Positions 12,776 through 25,154 of a stretch of DNA of 64,000 bases are shown here, one piece after another (the stretch's first letter is position 1; each line of letters begins with the position of its first letter). Origin of the DNA: Octopus vulgaris (taxonomy: Eukaryota); the NCBI GenBank assembly GCA_951406725.2, contig OX597818.1, positions 106,144,001-106,208,000 on the forward strand. Direction: 5' to 3'. Both the position numbers and the translations under genes were made by a program. Below the pieces are notes generated by a model. It searched no databases. It had not been told where the DNA came from and saw nothing but the letters and a program-made list of their open reading frames with translations.

Positions 12776-14196
12776 CTGTATCCTCTACCTACTGCTGCTG
12801 CTGCTATTGTTGTTAAGCAACAAGATGGGTAAGGGTGATTAGGTGATGGTCTAGGGCTTAGGGGTGACCCCAGACCTTGGAAAAAAAAAATTTGGTTGTC
12901 TTGTAGTCAAGGGCTCTTTGTTGATGCCCAACACCACTGGGAGGTGGCCCTCAAGTCACTGGAAATGGAGATCTCCAGGTCCAAATCCTTGGACGGCTGG
13001 TGGTGGTGATGGTGGTGATGATGATGAACATATTCATCACTTAGAATTCATCTGAATCTATATCTAATAGAGAGATTTTCCAACCTCATTATTTTGTAGT
13101 CCAGATTGTCTTGTTTCCCTGTGTCTGTTTAGCTCAGACTCTGATATCCAGCATTTTCCAATTGAAGCTCCCATAAATCCCTAGGATTTTGTGAGAGGTC
13201 ATTAAGAATTCCATTACAATCAGTGATAAGCAGGTTAATTATATGCAAATGCATTTTTGATACATTCATTTTATATTTGTAATGTTTTTCATACATTCAT
13301 GGAATATTCCATAAAGTAATAAGGAAACTTCTTGATACTTCTTAATGGGAAATTATAGAGGAATTGGATCTAAATAAGGTCTCGGTTAAGACAACTTTCT
13401 TAAACCTTCTTTGTCACATCTGAAAATTTATAATTTCTAAACATTTCAAACACAATTTTATGCTTTGTTTAATCTCTTACACAATTTAACTTTATGAAAA
13501 GGAAAGATCAAGAGAATTATATAATAATTTGTATTTAGGAATTCTCTGAGACATGGAATGTATTTCATGGGTTCCTGTAAGAGTAAAAATTTCAATAGTC
13601 TATATTAGCTGGTGTGTTCTTCAATGAGGAAAAACTTAGTATTTACAACCAGTTTTCTTTCTGGCCTAGAATGTCGTAGTCAACACTAATGTAACTAGTC
13701 ATCTGACATCGATGCAACTTTAAATATTTAAGGTTGAAAAATTAACTACAATTATAAAGCTTTAAGAGTTTCTGCTGATACAGGCACATGCACACCCCTG
13801 AGAAACAGAAATAGTATTTGGTTAGGCAAATATATATAAAAAAGAGTTTGTATGTGTGTGTATGCATATGTTCCTTATGCATTCGAAGACTGAGTTGCCA
13901 ATTTTGATGTTTGGGGTATCAAATGATTCAGTAACCTTTCGGCTACCAAATAAACTTTATTTTCATTTACATATTTTCTACGTTATCTCAACAACCAACT
14001 TTAGTTATTTGAAAGCCACTGCTCTACAACGACCAGGTTTCATTAGAAAGTGAAATAGTTTGACACTTTCAATTTGGACCAAAATCACAGTGTTGCATAA
14101 TGAGAGTGACAATGTGTGAATAATGAAAGTAATGTTTCTCTGAATTAGTCACATTTGTACTATGATAAAGATAGCTGCTTATCATCTATCTATATA

Positions 14197-15106
14197 TGTT
14201 GGGTCATTCCAGAAGTAATGCACTTTTTCCAGTTGCGTGAACTAAAAGTCGGAGGGGGACGAGATAAACTATCTGCATCAACTTGCTATAAAAACAGTTA
14301 GTAATTTTAATTTCTTAGTACAAGTTATGAAGCGTACAGTTCGATTTTAACAGTTATTTTTTAAAAGCCATAATGGAAGTGTGGCAACGAAAAGTGCAAG
14401 GAATATTAATGAAGTATATGGGGATCAGACAATAAGTGTAAGCCAGTCTCAACTGTGGTTTCAGAAATTCTCAGCCAGACACTACAACCTAGAAGATGAG
14501 CCTCATCCTGCAAGATCTGTACAGCTCGATGAGAACATTCTGCAAACCCTAGTGGAACAAAATCTCATCATATCTGTTGAAGAACTAGAAGAGAAGCTTG
14601 GATTTGGTCAGTCATCATAACTGTTGAAGAACTAGAAGAGAAGGTTGGATTTGGTCAGTCAACAAGTCATTCAAATCAGCACTAGAAGGAAAATTACCAT
14701 CTTTGGTTTCAAGACAGAAGGTGTTGTTACATCAGGATAATGCTCAGCCACATACAGCAAGGATGACATTCCAAAGGCTGGATCAGTTTCAATAGGAAAT
14801 GGTACCTCACCCACCATTTTCGCTGGACATTGACCTATCTGATAATTATTTTTTCCGCAGTCTTCAAAATCATTTGGATGGAAAAAATATGAATTCTGTA
14901 GATGAGGTCAGAACATTACTGGAGGAGTATTTTTCATCACAGTCAAGTAAATTTTGGAAGAGGGGCCTTGCAAGTCTACCAGATAGCTGGAAGAGCATTG
15001 TAGAAAATGAAGGAGAGCATATTTTAGATTAAAAAAACAACTTTATGTTAATTTTGAAAAATAAAAGAAGTCTAAAAAAACACATTATTTATGGGATGAC
15101 CCAATA
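14197..15106 (+). mobile_element. Mariner transposon, internally deleted
   Basis: TIRs tgttgggtcattccagaagtaatg / cattatttatgggatgacccaata flanked by TA. Transposase remnants WFQKF..LEDEPHPAR, LHQDNAQPH and PHPPFSLDIDLSDNYFFRSL (decayed YSPDLAPSD). ~40-bp internal duplication at 14574/14621. Confidence 0.9.
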
Positions 15107-15666
15107 TAAAGGCTACCAAATAACCTATGCTTTTGGCTCAACAACTCTTTTCTAACTAATAAAATAACCCCGGAAACAAGGTCAGGTCACGCAATTTTAA
15201 GGTCATTTTTGGGCAATATTTTGATTTGTTCTAATGTTTCACTTTTGTCTGATGTTTCACATGTGCGTAGAATTCTATTCAGACAAAAATTTATGAAAAT
15301 GTACACATAAATATTGTATTAAAATAAGCCACAACCAAAAATATTTCATTAAAAGACATCCATTTCTCTATATGTTATGAGGAGTCACTTCCTCTTACAT
15401 GCACACTTACACGCACACATACAGACTAAACAAATGTATGCATATGTATTTATGTATATGTATATGAAAGATGTGTGTGTGTTTATGTGAGAGAGAGAGA
15501 GAGAAAGCAAGTGCCACTTATACATACATGCAAAAAAATACATACATGACAACACACACCTTCACTCACTTTCTCTCACACGCACATGCACACACACACA
15601 CATATACACATGTCCATTTCATATACACGTATATACATCTTTCACTTTCCTGTCTCTCCCACTTTC

Positions 15667-16961
15667 TGTTATGTTGCATGTTCGGATGCCTTCTACTCAA
15701 CTCTACTCTTCTCTCTACTCTGCTACTCTCCCGACATCTAGGCTTCCCCCTCTATATCTATGTATTGGGCTAGTCTACTTCATCGTCTGGGGGCTTCAAC
15801 ACAACACCTCCCCTTTTTGAGTTTTTTAAACCTGAATTTATCAATTATATTTCCTTGGTGAGAAACTGGCACATCTTTTTCTCTTAGCATTAATTTCCAT
15901 CATTTCTGTAGGTTTTCTCTTCCTGTTTGACTTATGTGTCAGTTTTGCTTTTGCTTGTGGTTCTGGGACCTCGAACACTTTCGCTTGTGGTTCTGGGACC
16001 TGGAACAAATCATACCATAAATCCATTGGTTTTTCTCACCTCTTGGTTTTTGGTATATCTTTTTTTAAATTTGTTTAAATGCCTTCTGTATTCATATTTT
16101 GGTCCTTTTACTATGTACATGACGTTACCCAGACATCCAGTTATATTTCCTTGTTTCCAGTCCTGTTTTCTGTTACTATATAATTTAAAATACACTTTGT
16201 CACTTATGTTAAAAAAATTCGTTTTTCTTCCCAAATTTTCTATTTTCTGTTTCCTACTTGGCAACCATCTGTCAAAAATAGGATGAATTTTTTTGGAGAA
16301 CATCAAATCTGTGGGTGACCTACACAACTCTGCATTTGGATTCGGTGTTATTCTATATACCTGCAAAAACTTTGTCATATTTGTATCTTCAAAGTTTTCC
16401 CATCTGGTCTTCCTTAAGGCTTTCTTGAATGTGTTGACGAATCTTTCTGCTAATCCATTTGACATAGGATGGTATGGTGGAGTTAACACATGCTTCATCT
16501 GAACCGACTTACAGAATCTCTCGAACTCCTTCGCCATGAATTGTATACCATTATCTGACACGATCATATCTGGCACTCCATAACGAGTGAACAATTCTTC
16601 CAAGAAGTCAATAGTCACACTTGTGGTTGGCCTTGAACTTTTACAAACTTCAGGCCATTTGCAATAGCTATCCACCCCAATGGTATAATGAGAACCATTT
16701 ATTGGTCCTGCAAAATCCACATGTAGTCTACACCATGCCGAATCCGTTTTTGGCCACTGCTGAATCTGTACTGGGGGTACGTTTGCAGACATAGCGCATC
16801 CTCTACACTGTTTTACCAGTCACTCAATTTGCTTGTCCATATTCGGCCAATAAACTTAACTTCTCATAACTTCTGCAGCTGTTGCTGCTGCTGCGCTTGT
16901 TGTTTTACAACTTTTTCAGTAACTCGTTCGGTATTATCCGAAATCTCGTCACCACTGTTAT
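15667..16961 (-). mobile_element. Internally deleted Gypsy LTR retrotransposon (PBS, gag start, integrase, PPT, 3' LTR)
   Basis: 3' LTR 15667-15806 with inverted termini TGTTGTGTTG..CAACATAACA, preceded by PPT AAAAAGGGAGG. Integrase follows. ATAACA-g-TGGTGACGAG (LTR end plus PBS) at 16961-16945. Confidence 0.85.
16010..16792 (-). pseudogene. Gypsy (Mag-like) integrase core, D,D35E intact
   Basis: LHVDFAGP..VSDNG-(35 aa)-NGLAERFV. The upstream Zn-binding half MRS*VYWPNMDKQIE*LVKQCRGC carries two stops. Confidence 0.88.
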
Positions 16962-19900
16962 ATCGCAATGCTACAAAGTGGTTGTGTGTGCTACGAAATC
17001 CTCGTTGCCACTGTTATATCACAATACTACACAGTGGCTGTGTGTGCTACGAATTCCTCGTTGCCACTGTTATATCGCAATGCTACACAGTGGCTGTGTG
17101 TGCTATGAAATCCTCGTTGCCACTGTTATATCTCACTGCTACACAGTGGCTGTGTGTGCTACGAAATCCTCGTTGCCACTGTTATATCTCAATGCTACAC
17201 AGTGGCTGTGTGTGCTACGAAATCCTCTTGCCACTGTTATATCATAATACTACACAGTGGCTGTGTGTGCCACGAAATCCTCGTTGCCACTGTTATATCG
17301 CAATACTACACAGTGGCTGTATGTGCTACGAAATCCTCTTGCCACTGTTATATCATAATACTACACAGTGGCTGTGTGTGCCACGAAATCCTCGTTGCCA
17401 CTGTTATATCTCAATGCTACACAGTGGCTGTGTGTGCCAAGAAATCCTCGTTGCCACTGTTATATCTTAATGCTACACAGTAGCTGTGTGTGCCATGAAA
17501 TCCTCGTTGCCACTGTTATATCTCAATGCTACACAGTGGCTGTGTGTGCCACGAAATCCTCGTTGCCACTGTTATATCACAATACTACTCAGTGGCTATG
17601 TGTGCCACGAAATCCTCGTTGCCACTGTTATAGCTTAATGCTACACAGTGGCTGTGTGTGCCACGAAATCCTCGTTGCCACTGTTATATCACAATACTAC
17701 ACAGTGGCTGTGTGTTCCACGAAATCCTCGATGCCACTGTTATATCGCAATGCTACACAGTGTCTGTGTGTGCCACGAAATCCTCGTTGGCACTTTTATA
17801 TCTTAATGCTACACAGTGGCTGTGTGTGCCACGAAATCCTCGTTGCCACTGTTATATCTTAATGCTACACAGTGTCTGTGTGTGCCACGAAATCCTCGTT
17901 GGCACTTTTATATCGCAATGCTACACAGTGGCTGTGTGTGCCACGATCCTCGTTGCCACTGTTATATCACAATACTACACAGTAGCTATGTGTGCTACGA
18001 AATCCTCGTTGCCACTGTTATATCTTAATGCTATACAGTGGCTGTGTGTGCCACGAAATCCTCGTTGCCACTGTTATATCGCAATGCTACACAGTGGCTG
18101 TGTGTGCCAAGAAATCCTTGTTGCCACTGTTATATCGCAATGCTACACAGTGGCTGTGTGTGCTACGCAATCCTCGTTGCCTCTGTTATATCGCAATGCT
18201 ACACAGTGGCTGTGTGTGCTACGAAATCCTCGTTGCCACTGTTATATCTCAATGTAACTACACAGTGGCTGTGTGTGCCACGAAATCCTCGTTGCCACTG
18301 TTATATCGCAATGCTACACAGTGGCTGTGTGTGCCACGAAATCCTCGTTGCCACTGTTATATCCAATGCTACACAGTGGCTGTGTGTGCCACGAAATCCT
18401 CGTTGCCACTGTTATATCGCAATGCTACACAGTGGCTGTGTGTGCCACGAAATCCTCGTTGCCACTGTTGTGTGCACAATCTCGTTACTGTTATCTAATG
18501 CTACACAGTGGCTGTGTGTGCCACGAAATCCTCGTTGCCACTGTTATATCGCAATGCTACACAGTGGCTGTGTGTGCCACGAAATCCTCGTTGCCACTGT
18601 TATATCTCAATGCTACACAGTGGCTGTGTGTGCTACGAAATCCTCGTTGCCACTGTTATATCGCAATGCTACACAGTGGCTGTGTGTGCCACGAAATCCT
18701 CGTTGCCACTGTTATATCGCAATGCTACACAGTGGCTGTGTGTGCCACGAAATCCTCGTTGTCACTGTTATATCACAATACTACACAGTAGCTATGTGTG
18801 CTACGAAATCCTCGTTGCCACTGTTATATTGCAATGCTACACAGTGGCTGTGTGTGCCACGAAATCCTCGTTATCACTGTTATATCGCAATACTACACAG
18901 TGGCTGTGTGTGCTACAAAATCCTCGTTGCCACTGTTATATCGCAATACTACACAGTGGCTGTGTGTGCCACGAAATCCTCGTTGCCACTGTTATATCGC
19001 AATGCTACACAGTGGCTGTGTGTGCCACGAAATCCTCGTTGCCACTGTTATATCGCAATACTACACAGTGGCTGTGTGTGCCACGAAAGTGGCTGTGTGC
19101 ACACCTCGTTGTCACTGTTATATCGCAATGCTACACAGTGGCTGTGTGTGCCAAGAAATCCTCGTTGCCACTGTTATATTATAATGCTACACAGTAGCTG
19201 TGTGTGCCACGAAATCCTCGTTGCCACTGTTATATCTCAATGCTACACAGTGTCTGTGTGTGCCACGAAATCCTCGTTGCCACTGTTATATCTTAATGCT
19301 ACACAGTGGCTGTGTGTGCCACGAAATCCTCGTTGCCACTGTTATATCACAATACTACACAGTAGCTATGTGTGCCACGAAATCCTCGTTGCCACTGTTA
19401 TATCTTAATGCTACACAGTGTCTGTGTGTGCCACGAAATCCTCGTTGCCACTGTTATATCTTAATGCTACACAGTGTCTGTGTGTGCCACGAAATCCTCG
19501 TTGCCACTGTTATATCTTAATGCTATACAGTGGCTGTGTGTCCCACGAAATCCTCGTTGCCACTGTTATATCTCAATGCTACACAGTGGCTGTGTGTGCC
19601 AAGAAATCCTCGTTGCCACTGTTATATCTTAATGCTACACAGTAGCTGTGTGTGCCACGAAATCCTCGTTACCACTGTTATATCGCAATGCTACACAGTG
19701 GCTGTTTGTGCTACGAAATCCTCGTTGCCACTGTTATATCTCAATGCTACACAGTGGCTGTGTGTGCCACGAAATCCTCGTTGCCACTGTTATATCGCAA
19801 TGCTACACAGTGGCTGTGTGTGCCACAAAATCCTCGTTGCCACTGTTATATCGCAATACTACACAGTGGCCGTGTGTGCTACGAAATCCTCGTTGCCACT

Positions 19901-19991
19901 GTTATATCGCAATGCTACATAGTGGCTGTGTGCTACAAAATCCTTGTTGCCATTGTTATATCGCAATGCTACATAGTGGCTGTGTGTGCTA
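16945..19991. repeat. 56-bp tandem satellite, ~54 units
   Basis: Consensus gccactgttatatcgcaatgctacacagtggctgtgtgtgccacgaaatcctcgtt. It explains all the Cys-rich ORFs at 16829-20011. Confidence 0.98.
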
Positions 19992-20079
19992 GTTCTAGAT
20001 TTAGAACCTAAATCAAAAACAAAGATAAGAAACTGTTTTGCTTCTTATCTAAAGATGTATAATTTTTTATCTCTTTTAG

Positions 20080-20203
20080 ATATTTCGTTGCTCTTTATAA
20101 TGGAGAGGAACCTCCTGTGAAAGAAAGATATGAAATTCCAATGGCTACACAGAAAACTGATTCAGGTTTAACAATAGGTATTTTGAAGATCTTTCATAAA
20201 CAG
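20080..20203 (+). CDS. ROPN1L: Ropporin-1-like, coding exon 2
   Basis: ctcttttag| (S)YFVALYNGEEPPVKERYEIPMATQKTDSGLTIGILKIFHKQ |gtacc. Phase-compatible with exon 1; ATQKTD.GLT motif conserved in ROPN1L. Confidence 0.95.
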
Positions 20204-23200
20204 GTACCATTTTTATTATATGTACTATTTGATATTTTTTCATTATTATAAAAAAATTTTATCATCAAAATCCATACATTAAAGGGTCAATAAGGTGTAT
20301 TAATTAATAAAAAAGGAGAATTGTAAATACATAAGATACTTTGGAAAAGCTGACAGCAAGATTAGATGTAAACTTTTGTATGTGAATACCTTGCTTTTAG
20401 AAGTATATAAATTCTGTTACCTGAGTTGACTTGTCTTAGAGATTGAGTTCATATTGACTATTTTGTGGCTAAGGTACAGTAACTGTGAGTTTTGTTTTTA
20501 AACCACTTGGTTATCCTGATACTTACACATCAGCTAGTTCAAACAACGGAGTACATTGTTGTTTAGCCTGTTTTGCACTGGTTGAATAGCCCTTATTATC
20601 AAAGGAGTTCCAGCCATGACTGTTTTGTCATTTTTATCTGACAATGGATATCAAACAACAGCTTCCAGTGTGATCATCTCTTTTTGTGTGATTCCTGGAA
20701 GATGTGCTTTCTATTTCTAGTAGGTAAAGTTTTGGTTTTGGTGAAAGTAACATACAACAAATAGTTTCTACCTTTATGTCATAGACTTTAAGATATATTT
20801 ATCTAAATGTTGTGATCTTAAATGGAAGAAAAACATAGATAGTTACTGTAGGATAGTGGTCCCCAACTTGTGTTGTCCCATGCATCCTTTCCACTATATT
20901 TTACTCCTTAGTTTCAAAGATTGTCTGAAACAAAGTAGATTTACTAAATAATATGCATGAAATACTGAAACTCTTATTTTTCACCACCATCATTGCCACT
21001 GCTGCCACCACCACCACCACCATTTAATGTCTGTTTTCCATGCTGACGGGAGTTGGGCTATATTAGTTCCTATGCATTTACTGAAATATTTGTATAATGT
21101 AGTTTTACAAATTTAATAGTAATAGAAAATGCTGATGGATTTTAGAATGGATGAAAGTTTTTTTTCCCCCTTTTTATATTTGTAACTAATTACTTAACAA
21201 ACAAAAGTTATTGAGGCATGCTTTAATAAACAAAATTCCAGTGCAATGATAGGATATTGCAGTTCATTATATTTCAAAGGTTATGGTCAAGGAAAATGCT
21301 TGTGTTTAGCCCATTTTGTCAATTATTGGATACATGAAGGAGTGCTTGAAAAGGCATAACACAGATCATTATTTTTTTTAATAATTTCCTGTTTAGTTTG
21401 TTGCTCTGTTTTCATTTGTAAAATAATTGAAAAGCTTGACTCAATAAGATACAATGACAAAATGGATGTAATGTATGTATGGCTCTTTCTACCAATTTTG
21501 CCAAGGAATCATACATCATGGGCTAAAATTCTGTAACTTCTCATTGATTATGTCACTTGCATCTGAATAAAAATGAACCGCGCCAGAAATTTATCTTTAC
21601 AATAACCAAGAATTTTTGAACTGCAATTTAAATTAATTTCGCACTAAACAAATTTGTCATCACTGAATTCAGGAAAATATTAACTGAAGTTATTTTCTAC
21701 AGCTACCAAGATGTTGCAAAATTTCATGATTTGTAAATTCTGAAGAAGAATTGGCCTTCATCTCTAAGCAACAAGGATTGATAACAGTTTTTCAAACATT
21801 GTAAAATTTCTATACTGATTCTTTCAATTTTCCAATTTGCTTAAGAAAGTTTCCAAGGTGGCAGCATATTTTATTATATTTGTAATCTTTAATTGTATCT
21901 TAATATTCAGTTTATTTAGTTAACAGGCAAGCTGCTTCTTCTATTCCTCAACATTCAACTGAACAACAAATTCTATCTAATCCTAAATGTTAAAAAGATA
22001 ATTGGAGTTCATCTCTAAGCTCAAATTCAGCTGCTTCTCTCTTTTGGAAGACATTCACTATTCATGTAGAAAGAAGCAAGTGATAACTTATATCCATTTC
22101 AATCTTATGATATTGTAAAGTAATACGTTTAGTGTCTCTTTTGGCAAAATTCACAATTTGAATCATTTGATCCCAGTCCTTCCCTTGGGGATACTGTGTT
22201 TTGGAATTGGTATACCATATTTCTGCATGTTTTTAGTAAGAGACGATTGAAAGGACTGGGAATAAGAAGAACGTTTTTATACCTCATAAAATCCATTAAA
22301 TCCATGGAAAGAAAGGTATGATGATGGTTATGGTGGTGATTGTACTCCAGGTAATTTGAAATCAAAGTCCCTCACTAATCAAATTTGTATGCAGCCTTCT
22401 GGCTTGCCACCTCCCAGTCAAACCGTCCAACTCATGCCAACATGGAAAGCAGATGTTACAACAACGACAATGCTTCCTTTACCGAGTCACAGTGGTATTC
22501 TTTTACAGAGTGATACATATAATAGATAGAAATAATGGGTTATACACAGTTATTCATTATTATAGGCTTGCAGCTGTTTGAGTGTGTTCATGGTACAATA
22601 TTATCAATCGATCAATTGATCAACTGAATATATATAGAATCCACTTTACCAAAGCTATCTTCTTGAATGCGGAAACAAGCCATTTGCCAAAGAAAAGAAA
22701 AATAAGGAAGGAATTTGGTCAATGTAGGACTAAGTTATGTATTTTTATCTATCAAACTTAAACCATTGTTAGCTCTTTCCATGGGTGAATAGTATTGACT
22801 TCCAATAAATAAATTTAATACCCTACAACCTCCTGTGGTCAGTGGCAGGCTGTTAGTGATTACAACTTTATTTGAAAGAAAAATGTCAAGGGGTGATATT
22901 TGCAATTATACAGACTAAAAGACAGCTAGGGTAATACTAATTATTTTAAACCTGAAGTATCAAAACCTATTTATTTGCTAAATAGTCAAATAAGTCAAAT
23001 AAAAAGTTAACAGTAATGGTTAAAACAAGCAACAAGAGCTTGTAAATAAACTGTAACAGATGAAAATAAGACTAAGACTACAAGATAATCCTTTTTAATT
23101 TTGTTTCATAAATGCATGTATGTATGTATGCATGTATGTATCTATGTATGTATGTATGTATATACATAAAAACAAACAAACAAACAAACAATAAATCATT

Positions 23201-23220
23201 TTTAAACGATTATATTTCAG

Positions 23221-23382
23221 CTTTCTAGTTTTGTCGATGTTACTAGACAAATAATTGAAGAAAAATGGGAAGCACTGTCCCTTCCAAAAGAACTTCTGGA
23301 TGAAATACTTCATGTTGGAAATTTAAATGGAATGTTCAGTTGGAGAGAATTTCTTGTTATTGCAGTTGTAACCATTTCTATT
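23221..23382 (+). CDS. ROPN1L: Ropporin-1-like, coding exon 3
   Basis: tatttcag| LSSFVDVTRQIIEEKWEALSLPKELLDEILHVGNLNGMFSWREFLVIAVVTISI |gtaaga; 162 nt, phase 0/0. Confidence 0.92.
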
Positions 23383-23864
23383 GTAAGAATTTGTTTCTTT
23401 ACTTCTATCTCAAGTGCAACTCCACTCAATTGTTTGGTTGGCTCCATTTTATCTTTAATTATTTTCTCTTACATTGACTTTTCGGTCTTAAGCTGCTGCA
23501 TTTTCTTAACATGTATTTTTAGCTGAGGAATGTTTAAAACTCAGACCAAATACTTTTGGATATATAATAATTTTTAATCTTTTTAAATTTCCCCATCAGT
23601 AGCTAGTTTTTCTTTCTATAATCTTTTAATTTTGTTTTTAATAAAACCTTTTGATTCTAAAACATTCCATGGGAATCTACTTAAATAGATTTTTTTTTAT
23701 AATTATTGATAGATGACTCTCATAAAATTTCCTCTCACATAACTACATGCTTAGTTATGTGGTTAAGAAGTCTGCTTTGCAACCAGGTCATTCTAGGTTC
23801 TAGTCTGCTGCTTGCCACCTTAGACAAATGTATTTCCCAATTACTTTATGTTGATCAATACTTC

Positions 23865-24095
23865 ATACATAAATATGTATGTATGTTCACACATACATAC
23901 ATATGCACACACATGTATGCATGTGAACATGTACACATGCACATACATTGCACATATATATTTATATATTCATGCACGCACATACACATGTACACACACA
24001 TAACATATGCGTGCTTCTACACATATGTACATGCATGTATGCATGCATACACACACACACATGCGTGCACATATGTACATACAAACGTATACACA
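23865..24095. repeat. Degenerate (CA/TA) low-complexity tract
   Basis: Alternating purine-pyrimidine run; source of the spurious His/Tyr/Thr-rich ORFs. Confidence 0.85.
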
Positions 24096-24573
24096 GCAAT
24101 CACTCGCCATTTTGCGCTTCACCTATCGTGCACTCAGTACATCATGGTTCCCCTGTTGCATCCCCAATATATCGTGGTTCATCTATTGTGCCTCCAGTAC
24201 ATTGTGGATTTTTCTGGTTAATAAATGTAAATTTATATCACAGACTCCTCAATATATCACAGCTTTCTGTGGCTGATAGTTATTTGTTATTTTTGTGGGA
24301 GGTTTTGGAACGTAACACCTGTGATAGTCAAGGGATTATTGTACACACATTTGTACGTGCATACATATCAGTGTAATGTAGACAAGGTACCATGGATCAA
24401 ACAAAAATAAATGTCTTTCATTTCTCATGAGATCTATAGAATAAGTTTCAAACAAAGTACTGAAGCCAATTTAATTGACTAAAAAAAATAAATCTTTTGA
24501 AGGAAAAGCTCCAACATAGTGCAGATAATGACTAAAACTGGTAAAAAAATATAATTTTACTTACCTCTTTCAG

Positions 24574-24749
24574 GATATCCAATCTGCTTTAAAGAACATA
24601 TGTGATATCATAACTGATGACCCAGAAGGTGGACCAAGTCGAATACTTTATAATGATTTTGAATTCTTTTTTAATCGTTTTATACAACTGGATGGAGGAA
24701 TTCCAGCAGAAAATGCAAAAGAACTAATTGCATATTTCAAAATGACGGC
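24574..24749 (+). CDS. ROPN1L: Ropporin-1-like, coding exon 4
   Basis: ctctttcag| DIQSALKNICDIITDDPEGGPSRILYNDFEFFFNRFIQLDGGIPAENAKELIAYFKMT |gtaagt (phase 2). TDDPEGGP is diagnostic. Confidence 0.95.
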
Positions 24750-25154
24750 GTAAGTAGTTATTTCCTTTTGAATATATAAAGAATAAAAGAGTATAAGATT
24801 TTAGGATGCATATAGTTTTAATAGCAGTTTAAGATTTTTATTTCTGGCTAATAATATAATGTAGTATAATATTATGTTAATGAAATAACATTTAAGAATT
24901 TAAATACGTTTATCATTCTACTTGCTTTTAAATGATTTACATTGGAAAATTTATTGAATTTCCTTTAAGAAAACTTAACAAAAATTAAAGTAGTTAGTTC
25001 TAGATTTGGAAACAGATGTGAACACATCCTACTCTATCTTAAAAATAAAGAAAAATTGTCCTGACTTATACAGTTCATTGATCACTCATCAAGGAACAAG
25101 TACCCTGTCATGCTTCTGCCCATGAAGAGAACTTATATTTATTTTTGTTGTACA

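Noticed and set aside
16945-19991. CRISPR-like array (palindromic repeats beside an integrase)
   Set aside because: No unique spacers: loops are variants of one sequence. No cas genes, and the context is eukaryotic.
16945-19991. Hammerhead ribozyme in the satellite unit (GAAA plus hairpins)
   Set aside because: No CUGANGA core on either strand.
16829-20011. Cys-rich ORFs up to 456 aa resembling a metallothionein or keratin-associated protein
   Set aside because: They are translations of a 56-bp satellite cycling through three frames, inside an intron.
23332-23526. Stand-alone 64-aa membrane protein ORF
   Set aside because: It is the end of ROPN1L exon 3 read through into the intron.
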